Positions 45,031 through 59,454 of a stretch of 64,000 nt of DNA are shown here, piece by piece; position 1 is the stretch's first letter; each line of letters opens with the position of its first letter. The notes below the pieces were generated by a model. That model did no database searches. It was not told the origin of the DNA and was given only the letters and a program-made list of their open reading frames with translations. This DNA is from the human T2T-CHM13v2.0 reference genome, Homo sapiens. The DNA lies in the NCBI RefSeq assembly GCF_009914755.1, contig NC_060930.1; one strand, 5' to 3'. Both the position numbers and the translations under genes were made by a program.

Positions 45031-46507
45031 ACAATTTTTTAGCACATAACTTGAACGAAGTTTTAAAAATTGAATGATATTGCCACAATAAAACCTTCTA
45101 TTCCCCTTAGTTACTTATGGGAGTAAAGATTTCTCAGATTGTACATCATTAAAATTAAAAAATAGAATCGATACTGAAAATCCCGTCTTCTTCTAGTGAG
45201 AAGTAATCATAAGTAATAGTAATCCACAGACAGACTTAAAATGTGGGTAGTAAGAGTCGCCACATCATAGTATTGCTGTGAAGAGTAAGTAAACTAAAAG
45301 GAAAAGGATTTAGACAATGCCTGGCACATAATAAATGTCAATATATGTTAACTACTTCTATTATTATTCCTATTATCATTATTACCACTGCAGGTGGCAT
45401 AGAGGTAACAATGATGTAACTAACAGCTATCTCCACATGCATTTCCAAAATGGTTTGTATTAATAATTAGTTACCAAATCATAACATATATACATTGTTT
45501 TGGTATATTGGTACTGAAAATCATTTTAAAACCTCAATCTAGAAAAGCATTTTTAGCATAGAGCCCTACAATCACAGAAAATGAAAGTGTCTTAGGTTCG
45601 GTTTTTATACATATTTTTGTGGCAGAGAAGTATAAAATGATTTATTAAAGATTTCTAAGCATTAAAATACATTACTTTAGGGTAAAATTATACTTTAGGG
45701 AAATATAATTGAAATGAGTTCAAGAAAAAAGCTGACGATGTGCATTTCTATGTTAAAGAAGAGTTTACTTATGTATTTTTTAATGGTTTATGATAAATAT
45801 TAAATTGGTACAGCTTTTGGATTTCATGTGATATATTTAACAGAGTGATATAACCATTTTACTTTAAAATGTCAGAATAGGCAGGAAATTATACACTTTG
45901 CAACTACTTAAGCCTACGTTGGAAAATTTTCTTAAAAATGTTATTGACCGGGCACACGTATTTTGAAAATATTAAGAACACTTCCCTGGAGCTCCGTCTT
46001 TGATTTTCCACTCAACTGTACAACCACCCGAGTTGTAGAGTTTACTCACACTCATTGTTCAATTAGCCTCTTTGTAATCAACTCTAACTGTTGAAGGAGT
46101 CTCTGAACAGGCATCTCCGCATGTGAGCTTTCATTTAGTTTATATTCCCAAGTATCTATGGAACATCTCCAGTTATTGTTTTACTAACAACCTCAAGCAT
46201 GACTCGTTGAAACCAAACTTATTTCTCTTCCAAACTCTTACCCTGTATTTGTTAGTACATTTTTTAATGACAAAGGACCCAATACAAATGAAGTTTGTTA
46301 AAGGGAATCTATTGGCTCACACAACTAAAACCTTGAGTGAGAGAGAGAGTTTGGACATGACTGGATTCAAGACTCAAGTCTTATTTTCGAAGTTTGGCCT
46401 CTCTCCACACCCTGACTTTTTCTTCTGTTGTGGTGGTAGCAGGCACAGTGTCCATGTGATAGCAAGTGGCTGCCACAACTCCAGATTTAACAGTCTCTGA
46501 GCTCTAA

Positions 46508-46860
<353 letters not shown>

Positions 46861-46959
46861 CTAGGCATTCTCACTTCCACTGCAACCTAGTTCTACAATG
46901 ACTCTTCCTCTAGTTGGTCCCCACACTTATTTTGTCACTGGAATATGATGGTTGTTAAC

Positions 46960-47200
46960 AGTGAAGACAGAAGAAGCTATCTGGGCTTGAATTCCACCTG
47001 CATGCTTTCCTAGCTTTGCAAATTTGGGCAGGTTTACTGAACTACTCTTTGCTTTAGTCTCTTCACCTATAAAATGTGGGTAGTAGTAGTACCCTCTTCA
47101 TAAGGTTGCTGTAGGAAGTAAATAAGCTAATTTACATAAAATACCCAGATAATATCTGGCACATAAAAACTTACCTATGTACATTAGCTATTGCTATCAT
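46960..47200 (+). mobile_element. MIR
   Basis: ttgggcaggtttactgaactactctttgctttagtctcttcacctataaaatg core. Confidence 0.65.
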
Positions 47201-47749
47201 AAATATTATTCCCCCTAACATTTATCACATAGGTGACAAAGATTAGTAATGGGAGCACTTTAGCCCATGCACATCAGTTCATGCCTGGTCTCACACTGCT
47301 TTTCCATCTTTATTTTCTGTTATGAGCCACTATTCAGTTACTCTAGGAGGCTGTCATCCATTTTTCCTCACATTCCCTGTATTTACTATTTTCTGTTTCT
47401 CTGTTTTGTTCAGTCTATTGATTTTTCCTGAAATGCTTCTGCTTTGTATATCTAGGATGCCATGGTTTGGTATTGGTGTTTATGTTTCTTTTGATTTGGT
47501 TTGTGCTAAAATAATTGCAGGCTGAGTTGCAATTTTCAAACCAATAAAAGGCAAAATAGTCAAAAGCATGCCTATTCCTAGTCTGACATTTGGTAATAGC
47601 CAATGCAACCTTTTTTTCTAGCAGCAAAATTGGGAACTTGTTGAGAAAGAGAGAGAGATTGAGAAAGAGATATTGAGAGGGAGATATTGAGAGAAAGGGA
47701 GCAATACTGAAAGAGAGAGAGAAATTGAGAGAATGCTACTGGTAAACAA

Positions 47750-47751
<2 letters not shown>

Positions 47752-47795
<44 letters not shown>
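47752..47795. repeat. (AC)22 microsatellite
   Basis: Perfect dinucleotide run. Confidence 0.97.
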
Positions 47796-47796
<1 letters not shown>

Positions 47797-48450
47797 ATTA
47801 TGAAACCTGAGCAGAACACGCTGTTAACTGTTCGGGGGCAAACTGGAGTTTGGTGGAGTGAGCTAGCATTCTGGAATGAATAGGCTAAGCATCCCATAAT
47901 TGACTACTCTCATCTCCTGACAATCTGTGGGACCAAAAATGTGTGCTAATAGGATTACTTACTTTCTCTACTTTGTCAGAAACAAGGACATTTGAAAAAG
48001 TTGTGGAAATTTTGAGTGTGTTCCTATGACCAGCTTCACAAGACAAAATTGTCCCAATGGTTCTGTGCCTAGAGTCGCTCTGGGGGAATGTCTACATAAC
48101 TCCTTTCGGGGATACCATAACTGCTCCTTTGTACTCTATACTTTGTGCAAAACAGGTTCTATGAACTCAGTTATAGTTGAAAAAGTATTACTTGGCACAA
48201 CTCTGTAATAATTCTTAGCCAAAACAGAGTTTTGGCATTTTAAAAAACAAAGTAATATAGGTTTGCAATCCCACAGTTCTACATCTGAAGTCTAAAACTC
48301 TCCCAAAACTGAAAATGCATTCATAACTCACTTGGCAGCAAAACCTGACCTGACCTGGACTCATTTAGCAGCAAATCCTATCTGAAATTGAGATCATTTA
48401 TAATGTTTCTCCTACTTTGTGTCAATATGTTTAGCTAAACTTGTTTAACT

Positions 48451-50128
48451 TATATGTATATATATATATATCACATATATCATATATATCAATATATATG
48501 ATATATGTGATATATAGCGATATATATCATATATATCATATATGACATATCTATATATGACATATGTCATATATGTGACATATATATGTGTCATATATAT
48601 GTCACATATATGTGTCACATATATGTCACATATATGTGTCACATATATGTGTCATATATATGTCATATATGTGTCGCATATATGTGTCGCATATATGTGT
48701 CATATATGTCATACGTGTCACATATATGTCACATGTATGACACATATATGATATGTATGACATTTATCATATGTATGATATATATGACATTTATATGTAT
48801 GATATATATGACATTTATCATATATATGATATATATGACATATATTTATCATATGTATGATATATATGACATATATATTTATCATATGTATGATATATAT
48901 GACATACATATGACATTTATCATATATATGATATATATGACATACATATGACATGTATCATATATATGATATATATGACATACATATGATATTTATCATA
49001 TATATGATATATATGACATACATATGATATATATCATATATATGATATATATGACATACATATATTTATCATATATGATATACATGACATACATATGATA
49101 TTTATCATATATATGATATATATGACATACATATATTTATCATATATGATATATATGACACATATATTTATCATATATGATATACATATATGACATATAT
49201 CATATATATATAATTATGATATATACCATATATCATATATATGGTATATATGATATATGATATATAATATGTGATATATATCATATATAATATATCATAT
49301 CTATCATATCTATCATTGATATGATAGATATGATATGTATCATATATATGATATATATATCATAGATATCATAGATATCATAGATATAGATATCATATAT
49401 ATCATACATATGATATATTATATATGATATATTATATATGGTATATATCATATATGATATATATCGTATATATGATATATATCATATGTACTATATATGA
49501 TATATACCATATATATCGTATATATCATATATATCATGTATATCATATATATCATGTATATCATGTATATGTATATCATATATGTCATATATATGTATAT
49601 CATATATGTATATCATATATGTATATCATATATGTCATATATATGTATGTCATATATGTCATATATATGTATATCATATATGTCGTATATATGTATATCA
49701 TATATGTCGTATATATGTATATCATATATGTCGTATATATGTATATCATATGTATCATATATACGGTATATCATATGTATCATATATATGTATATCATAT
49801 ATACGATATAGATGTATATCGTATATATGATATGTATGTATATCGTATGTATCATATATATGTATATCGTATGTATCATATATATATCGTATGTATCATA
49901 TATATGTATATCGTATGTATCACATATATGTATATCGTATGTATCATATATATGTATATCGTATGTATCATATATATGTATATCGTATGTATCATATATA
50001 TTTATATCATATATGATATCATGTATATCATATATCATGTATATCATATATATTATATATGGTATATATATCATATATCATAACTCCTTTCAGGGATATC
50101 ATATATGTATAAAATAAACATATATATA
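48451..50128. repeat. 1.65-kb complex TA-rich tandem array
   Basis: Sub-blocks of tgtcacatata, ~36-nt atatatgatatatatgacatacatatgacatttatc and 24-nt gtatatcatatatgtcgtatatat units. Confidence 0.98.
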
Positions 50129-50729
50129 GTGAAACTGAACAGATTTGAAAACATCTGTCAAATACAGTCATCCTTTCACTGTGCATTTGATCTATTAGAT
50201 AAGGGCTGAGGTTGAGGCTGGATTTTAAAACATTTCGAATGGATAATGACGAGCACCATAAATTAATTTACATTTACATTTCCAGATTATGAGAAACTTT
50301 TTAGAATCTGCTTTCCTTATAGTTTCAAGGAAATGCTGGTAAACTTGTTTAACTTTTCTATAGGTTAATAGACATCCTAAAAGTTATTCTTTTTGTGTGC
50401 CTGCTTCTTCATTCAAATATTTAAAGCTTTTCTGCTTTTATGACCCAGTACTGTTTACTATTGGCCCCCAGAATCCCACTGTAGGCCTAAAGGCAGTCCC
50501 CAGTTCACCTGACCCTTTAGAGGTATCTCAGTTCCTTGCTTCTAACAGATGTAGCAGGGTGGTTCCCAGAGTTGGATTTGTTTTCATCTTTCTTTCTCTA
50601 GCTTAATTTCTAAACTTTTGTTCTCCTAATATGCCATCAATATTTTTGCCATTTTCCTATTTTCTATTTCTAATTCTCTCTTTTTATTTTCTATTTCTAA
50701 TTCTCTCTTTTTATTTTGTATTTTGTGTT

Positions 50730-51325
50730 TTATTTTATTTATTTATTTATTTTTGAGATGGAGTTTCGCTCTTATCCCCCAGTCTGGAGTGCAATGGCAT
50801 GAGCTCACTGCAACCTCCGCCTCCCAAGTTCAAGCCATTCTCCTGCCTCAGCCTCCCAAGTAGCTGGGATTACAGGCATATGCCACCACTCCCTGCTAAT
50901 TTTTATATTTTTAGTAGAGACGGGGTTTCACCATGTTGGCCAGGCTGGTCTCGAACTCCTGACCCCATGCGATCTGCTCACCTCAGCCTCCCAAAGTGCT
51001 GGGATTACAGATGTGAGCCACTGTGCCCAGCCTATTTATTTATCTTTTTGAGACTCTGTCTCCATCTGTCACTCGGTTTGGAGTGCAGTGGTGCAATCAT
51101 GGCTCACTGAACCCTCAACCACCCTGGGCTCAAGTGATCCTCCCACCTCAGTCTCCTGAGTAGCTGGGACTACAGGCATATGCCAATATGCCCTGCCACA
51201 TTTTGTATTTTTTTGTAGAGACAGGATTTCGCCATGTTGCCCAAGCTGGTCTCGAACTCTTGGGCTCAAGCCACCTGCCTGTCTTGGCCTCCCAAAGTGC
51301 TGGGATTATAGGCCTGAGTCACTGT
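50730..51325 (-). mobile_element. Two tandem Alus (AluS about 50730-51032, AluJ about 51033-51325)
   Basis: Alu consensus twice. Confidence 0.93.
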
Positions 51326-52229
51326 AACAGCACTCTTTTCTTAATTGCCCCCCAAAACAATCAGTAACCTATTTTAGAAATAAAATTTTCATGCTTACCA
51401 AAACACATAATCAGAAATGAGGTTAAGTATACCAGAATTTCATATAAAGGGAACTTGCACTTGAAGAAAAATTACTGTCCTTACAAGTCTTCAAAAGTAG
51501 CTTCTAGTCATTACTTTCATGCAGACATCCCCTGATTCTGTATATATAGCACAGTCACCATAATTTATGAGATAATGTGACTTTCCCCAAAAGGTGGGGC
51601 TGATAATTTATGTTCCTGGCTTAGGAATGGCTTAGATAACTCAAGCAGTTTCTCTCCTACACATGCCCTCATACCTGATTCAAGCCATTGAACCAATCTG
51701 GGATTCATTGAGTCATTCAGTCTGAACATTCTGAAGGTTCTCTACACCACACTTTCCAAGAAGGCATTGCTATAGAGTCTGCTATTGCAGCTCAAATCAT
51801 AAGCATTAGAGTGCTTTTCAGTTTTATACTTGTTCAACTAGACATATGCATCAAGCAAAAACATCTTGAGCTCTGTATATATGGTAATAAGTAAAGTTTA
51901 TCATAAACAGAAAGTTTGTAATATGTACAAATTGTAAAAGTGTGGCCCTTACACAGGGAGATGTGAGGCTTCCTAATCTCTGAGCTAACATTAAGGGCTT
52001 CTTTTTCATTTGTGCCTAGTTCTGCTGTCTAAGTTATACTCTCTTAAACAGTAACAATTGGTGTCTCTTTGCCACTGGCATTTTGTAATTAGACTCAGCT
52101 CCAGCACTGACATGATGATATATAAGTGGTAAAAGACAATAGTTTATGTTCATGATAATGCATTCCGGTAGACTAAAAGTCAATAATCACTTGACATTCA
52201 GAAAGCATCCTCTTGCTGGCAAATGCAAT

Positions 52230-52601
52230 GCTTCTTAGTCAGCTCGGGCTGCCATAACAAAATACCATAGACTGTGTGGCTTAAACAACAGAAATTCATT
52301 TTCTCGAAGTTCTGGTGGCTGGAATCCAAGATCAGGATGCCGGTATGATCGGGTTCTGGCAAGAACCTTTTTTCTAGCTTGCAGAAGATGCCTTCTTGCT
52401 GTATCCTCACATGGCAGGGAGAGAAAGAGGGCAAGTTATCTGGCCTCTCTTCTTATAAGGGCACTAATCCCATCATGGGGCCCCAACCCTATGACTTCAT
52501 CTAAACCTAATTACTGTCCAAAGCTCCATTCCAAATACTATCACACTGAGAGTTAGGGCTTCACATAAGAATTTCGAAGGGACACAAGTTATTCCATAGC
52601 A
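52230..52601 (-). mobile_element. MLT1A/MST-type LTR
   Basis: cttagtcagctcgggctgccataacaaaataccatagactg. Confidence 0.85.
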
Positions 52602-52729
52602 GCTTCATAATACCCTTTCAGAGTAAGTAATGAAATAGTTATGTTTTCTGGGAAAAGCACCTGGAGGAAGTAATGAAGCAACAGAAGCTTAGCCAAGAGG
52701 TATAAGTGAAAGGGCTTTCTTAAGAAACT

Positions 52730-52755
52730 CACACAAACACACACACACACACACC
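52730..52755. repeat. Interrupted (CA)n microsatellite
   Basis: cacacaaacacacacacacacacacc. Confidence 0.85.
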
Positions 52756-53396
52756 ATGATTTCACAATTTAGCACCCAAGAAATTCCCTCAAACTGCAGC
52801 ACTTGGTCCTTAACATAAGAAGCAATGCACTTGATTCTTTAGGGAAATTTACTTTTCAGAATAATTTTGGTGTTTTTTAACATTGCTGCCTGAAGACTAA
52901 CCAAGGAGAAAAAACAAAAAGCTGTAATTCCCTTTTGCCTGCTGAAGTGAAGTCGTTTAGTATATCTACATCCACAATTAATCCTTAACAAAGAGCATTT
53001 CTTTACTCATTGCTGGATTGAACAACTTAAGAGGAATAAGACTTGTCATTTATTATTGGTTTTTAATTCTTTTGCATTTTTATACTTTCATGCTTTAGTG
53101 ATTGAGTTTAGCCTAGAAGGGATTCCAGAAATAAAAGATCATCCTTTTGAAGACCTATTCTTTCCTTGACTGCCTTTTTTTTTTTTTCAGAGTGGGGAGT
53201 TGTTTTATTTTTACTAAATAGGTTGCCACCTCCCACCCAAGACCTGCTTTCTCCATGAATCTTACTTCATTGTACTCTGAATTTTTCCTTTCTACGACTC
53301 TTAAAACATTGATTGTATGGGCCACATATTATTCCCTCTGTAGTTCTCTAAAATGATCACACATAACATTCAATAAATATTTGTTTAATTCATTGA

Positions 53397-53691
53397 TTTT
53401 TTTTTTTTTTTTTTTGTGATAGAGTTTTGCTCTCGTTGCCCAGGCTGGAACGATCTCAGCTTACTGCAGCCTCCACCTGCTGGGTTCAGGGGGGATTCTC
53501 CTGCCTCAGCCTCCCGAGTAGCTGGGATTACAGGTGCCCGCTACCAGGCCCAGGCTAATTTTTGTATTTTTAGTAAAGACAGGGTTTCACCATGTTGACC
53601 ATGCTGGTCTCAAACTCCTGACCTCAAGTAATCCACCTGCCTTGGCCTCCTGAAGCACTGGGATTACAGGCGTGAGCCACTGCACCTGGCC
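53397..53691 (-). mobile_element. AluS
   Basis: TSD tcattgat on both sides. Confidence 0.94.
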
Positions 53692-54076
53692 TCATTGATA
53701 TTTTTATAAATAGCTCTAGTTCATTAATTACGTATCTGCTATGTACGGTTTTTAAAATAGAGTTAGGGATGAAAGAACAAGTTGTGTGCAACTAAACTTC
53801 TTCCTGGAAGTCTCTTTATTGTTTAGGCTACCCTAAACATCTCATCTGATCCAAAGGGCCTCCTGGCAAAAAGCAGGACACTAGACACACACACTCTTAG
53901 ATGCCTAAATTTATCTCAATAGTCTATCAAATCATCCCTGTCTCTATCCAGGGATTGGTTTGGAGAGGTGCAGGCCTCTTTTCTAGGGGTCTCTTTTGTT
54001 TTATTTCCAATGTTCTCTCCCTCTTCCAGCACAGGAAGAGGTTTTTTGGTTTTTTAATTTGCTCTCAGGTAGGAAT

Positions 54077-54536
54077 TGACAAAGATTTCTTGCTTTAGCC
54101 AGGCTCCTGAACCTTCTCTTAGGCCCATCTGTGTACTTCCTTCCAAAATCCAGTTTTAGCAAAGAACCCTAAGTCAGCTTAGCAAGAACCCTCCACTATT
54201 GACATGTGATCACCCTTGTTATCCGATCAGGTTGTCATCTTCTGCCATCCCTCAGGTGATGTTGAGTCACCCTGGCCTATCTTCAGCAAGAATCTTGTTT
54301 AGGTCTATTTAGTGAGAATCCCTCTCACCACCCTGATATTTCCTCTTATAGTAATTTTTCATCCACTGACCCCATCCTGCTCCTTGGCTATAAATTCCCA
54401 CTTGTCCATACTGTCTTTAGAGTTGAGACCAATCTGTCTCCATTGCAAAATCCCAGTGCCGTGGTCTCAATACCTATCATGATGGTCCTGAATAACATCT
54501 TTAATATGTGTCATTGAATAATTTATTTCTTTAACA
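54077..54536 (+). mobile_element. ERV1 solo LTR (MER31-like)
   Basis: tgacaaagat...ctccttggctataaattccc...tttctttaaca. Confidence 0.7.
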
Positions 54537-54663
54537 AAATGAAGGGAGATGGGGGCAGAGTGGAACTCACTTAGGTATTTTGTCAAATGTTATACTGCCT
54601 ATATTTTCTGTATTATACTTGGACCTGAACATTTGAACTTAAAAAGCAAGCGAGAAAGCAAAC

Positions 54664-55113
54664 TGTATTAGACAGGGTTCTCTAGAGGGACAGAACCAAT
54701 AGGATAGATGTATACATAGAGGGGAGTTTATTAAGGAGTATTGACTCACACGATTACAAGGTGAGGTCCCACAATAGGACATCTACAAACTGAGGAGCAA
54801 AGAAGCCAATCCAAGTCTCAAAGCTGAAGAACTTGGAGTCCAGTGTTCAAGAGCAGGAAGCATCCAGCACATGAGAAAGATGTAGGCTGGTAGGCTAAGC
54901 CAGTCTAGTCTTTCACGTTCTTCTGTTTGCTTTTATGCTGGCCATGCTGGCAACTGATTAGATTGTGCCCACCCAGATTAAGGGTGGGTCTGCCTTTCCC
55001 AGTCCACTTACTCAAATGTTCATCTCCATGTCAACACCTTCAATGACACACCCAGGATCAGTACTTTGCATCATTCAATCCAATCAAATAGACACTCAAT
55101 ATTAACAATCACA
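54664..55113 (-). mobile_element. MLT2A (ERVL) solo LTR with 5-bp TSD caaac
   Basis: tgtattagacagggttctctagagggacagaa...attaacaatcaca. Confidence 0.9.
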
Positions 55114-55239
55114 CAAACAAAAACAGGAAGTCGCTACCTTGGTTCTTTGGTTCTGTTGTGATGAACATTGGGGCAATGGTGGCCTAACTACTGGCAAGGG
55201 TTAAGGGAACAAAAGAAAATGGAGAAGGACCATATCCAT

Positions 55240-55656
55240 CAATATGGTCATGTCTCAGTATCCCTGGGGGATTGGGTTCAGGACAGCCCCCCACCTCTGA
55301 GGATACCAAAATCCACAGATGCTCATCCATTATATGAAATGGTGTATGCACATTGACCTCTGTTCTAATAAAAATTTTTTAAATATATTTTTAATTAAAA
55401 AATAAAATAGTGTAGTATTTCCATATAACCTATGCATATCCTCCAGGATATTTTAAATTATCTATAGATTAATTATAATACCTAATACAATGTAAATGCC
55501 GTGTAAATGGTTGTGTTGTTTAAGGAATGATAACAAGAAAAAAGTCTGTACATATTCAGTACAGACACAACCATTCTTTTTTTAAAAAAATATTTTCAAT
55601 CCATGGTTGGTTGAATCTACACATGTGGGATTCACAGATGCAGAGGTCTGACTGTA
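55240..55656. mobile_element. MER2/Tigger3-type DNA transposon
   Basis: ggataccaaaatccacagatgctca...tctgactgta. Confidence 0.75.
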
Positions 55657-57935
55657 TTTGGAAACATCGTGCAGTCACAGATTATGGCAATTTGGTTCAA
55701 TGTCAAAGGTATTCTAAAAATTATTGAAGGATTTATTAAAATAATACTTCTGACAAACAGGATTTAGCAATACATTTAAATCCTTATTTTTGAATGAGTC
55801 ACAAAATTGTTTGTCCTAAATTCCTTCAGTTTTCCTTCATTCATAACTCACAACTTTTTTCTACAAAAATCCATCGACAATTTATATCTGTAAAGTGAAA
55901 TTTTGATCATTTGATTGCTGTCAAAGCAGTGGTTTGCTTTCAGCAAAAGTGACATTTTGTCCCTGATCAAGTAGGAGGATAGCTGTGTAAGGAGCTGTTA
56001 TCTTGGTGTTAAAAAATGGAGACTGCATCTCTGACAAAGAATCTATTTGCAAGTCGTTAATCTCAGGGGAGATTTAGAGAAGGAAGTTAATATTTTCTTG
56101 CTAAATTCTCCATCATCACAATACCATAAATTAGTTGTAAATAATACAAAGATTTGTGTGAATGAAAAGTATCTATATATGAAGAGCTGGAGGAAAGTAA
56201 ATTTAGCTGCTGAAGATATATGTTATAAGGCTTTGTATTAGAAAGTGGTTAATGTTACATTCTTCTCCTAATATTTCCTACATTCTTCTTATCGCTAGTC
56301 AACTATGTTACAAGAGGAATTTATTACATTCATTATATTCTTATTAATATTTTTAAAAAGAAATATTATATTTATTTTTCATTTTGCCATTTTTATTTTA
56401 TTTTACCATTTTACCATTTATTTTCACTTGTATTCATTTCATTTTAAATTATTTAAATTAAAAATAATTTAACACCTATTATTTTTACACTAAGCAATGA
56501 TTCTTAACATAAGGCTGAAATCAATAGACATTTAACAAATAATATACATATGTTTATCATCGATCGAAAACCCGAAGGACCTAATACAGCACGTACTAAA
56601 ATTGAGTTTCAGTTCATCCTTGATTTTGTATTTTTGGGAAATATTTTTTAGAGGCTTTGGTTTATTTTACTGAGAAAAAATACAATTCTCAATATCGATT
56701 GACTAAAATATTCAAGGAAATATACAGAAAAAAGTTATTTATTGCATATTGCTAGAATATGAACATTTAGAACCGTTTCTCCCATGTTCACTCTGCCTCT
56801 GGTATTATAGTACAGCAAGCTAATTTGGATTTTGTGTGATTTTTACACAGAAAACCTTCACTTTATAAAAGAGTTCAAAGTAGGGAGTTTTCTTTCCTGG
56901 AAAGCAGTACCAAACTAATATCTTTAGAAAAAGCTGCATGAAACATGAAGTTGCATTTGGTTATCTGATTACAATTGACTGCATCCAAGTCAAGAAACCA
57001 AAATGAGAAAAGGTAAAAACTTGAATGTCAAGTTATTAAATCAATTATAACACCAGAATTAGAATATGCTATTAATTGATATTAGGAACTGTAGATGGGC
57101 CCAAACATTAAAAGAATCTGACTAGTAGTTACAAATCCTGGTAATGAAAATCAGGCAACTCCATGTACAGGGAATATACAGAGATGATAGAAATGAGCTA
57201 TTGCCATACCAGGACTTCAAACTTTTTACATATCAGCTTCTTTATTTGCAGAGTGCCTGGGAATTCCTGCTCTTTCTATATGGTATAATCCTCTTTAATA
57301 TGGGTACTTATTCTGTTATCGTCCCATCATAGTCCAAACTGCACTACTTCTTTGGGTTCTGGAACCCATCTGCCAGGAGGAATTTCATGGTTAAGTTTTA
57401 AACAAAGAATTATGCTTGCATATATTGACATGGTACCACATCAACATTACTAGAAGCACTCTCTCTGGATTTAAAGAAACATGCAGCAATTATTTTTATA
57501 CATTATCCTCGTTGAATTGAACTCAGTATTATTCGAAATTCTAGTGCTGTATATATATATGCATATATGAGATCATAAAGGAAACTTTCCAGGGAATGTT
57601 TTGATAATAGGGTAAAGGAAAAGAAAAGAAGGGACTAAACAATTTGCATAGAATGAAATTTTACAGTTTAGAAAGAAATCTCTGCAAGAAATTGAAAGTT
57701 CTGTAGGACTAACAGTAAACTTCATGGGCTCATAAACTCTGTAATTATTTTAACCTCTCCATAAAAGTTCTCAGAGAGCTATCCTCCCCACCCAACCCCG
57801 CTTCTCCTATCCACTCTTATGTAAATTAGAGTTAGAGGTATCTTGTTGAAAGACCAACAAACCAAAAGGGGATAAGGCCCACTTGAAATTTGCAGTTTAT
57901 AAAAAGTCAGGGCCTCTGTTCAAGGCCAGGGATGA

Positions 57936-58264
57936 CTTCTTCTTTCTGCTCCTTCTTCATCTTCATCTTCTTTCTTCTTCTTTCTTCTTCTTCTTTCTTT
58001 TTCTTTCTTCTTTCTTTATTCCTCCTCCTCCTTCTTCTTCTTTTTCTTCTTCTTCTTCCTCTTCTTCTCCTTCTTCTTCTCCTTCTCCTCCTCCACCTCC
58101 TTCTGCTTCTTTCCTCCTCCTCCTTCCTCTCCTCCTCCTTCTCTTCCTCCTTCTTCTCCTTCCCCTCGTCCCCTCCTTCCCCCTTCCCCTCCTCCCCTCC
58201 TCCCCTCCTTCCCCCTCTTTCTCCTCTTTCTCCTCCTCCTGCTTCTTCTTCTTCCTCTTTTTTT
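57936..58264. repeat. Polypyrimidine (CTT/CCT)n low-complexity tract
   Basis: About 330 nt of almost pure C/T, continuous with an Alu tail. Confidence 0.96.
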
Positions 58265-58377
58265 GAGACAGGATCTCACTCTGTTCCCCAAGCTGGAGTG
58301 CTATGGCTCAATCTCAACTCACTGCAGCTGCCACCTCCTGGGATCAAACGATCCACTCACCTCATCCTCCCAAGTAC
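58258..58377 (-). mobile_element. Alu right-arm fragment
   Basis: ttttgagacaggatctcactctgtt... Confidence 0.85.
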
Positions 58378-59012
58378 CTGATGGGCCAGAACTTCTTGAC
58401 CTCTCTATGACTAATATTATTTTTGCAGAATATGACACAACTTGAATATATGGCAATCTACAAAAAGTTAGATGCCAAATTAGGGTAACAATCATCACTC
58501 CAAACCTTAGTTAATAGTCCTTTAAAATAGGGTGATTTTTCAGAACCTTACATGCTTACAACTAAAAACAGCTTTCATGAATAAGAATAAGGTAGATTCT
58601 TACCAGATCAATACCTTGTTTTCAAGAGGCCAGGTTCTCATTCTATGTAACTATGGAAATCAAATTACATAGGAAGGCAGTCTTCCCCAGGGGAAGCTGG
58701 TTATACAGGTGAACTTTCTGATACAGCTAGTGATATTGAAATTCTGAATACAGCTATGTTGGTTGAATTTAACACACTCTGATGGGCATATACATCATTC
58801 CAGTAAGTTTTGTTTTAGTAAGGGAAACAAAGCATAAATAATTTGATACAAAGGCTTATTTGCCTTCCAACTATATGACACTCAACAAATTTGGAAATAT
58901 TCTCTGAATCAAGGATCTCTTGTCTATTTCATGTGGCATCCTTTAATTACCTTCAGCAGTAACATATTAGCAGCTAATTTTGATAAATTATTATATGAAT
59001 CAAATCATTCTT

Positions 59013-59334
<322 letters not shown>

Positions 59335-59454
59335 CAAATTATTCTTATTTTTCTAACATCTGCCTTAAATATGTCCATTTTAAAGTTTCCTAATTATACT
59401 AAAATTAACCAGTTTAGAGAATATCTTCCTTCCTTTTATGACACTAGCACTAAC

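Noticed and set aside
48445-50117. Many Y/I/M/C/H-rich ORFs; array superficially CRISPR-like
   Set aside because: Translation artefacts of a TA repeat that lacks stop codons; no repeat-spacer structure or cas genes, and the DNA is mammalian.
57883-58381. Poly-L/S/P and poly-K/E/R ORFs
   Set aside because: Translations of the low-complexity pyrimidine tract.
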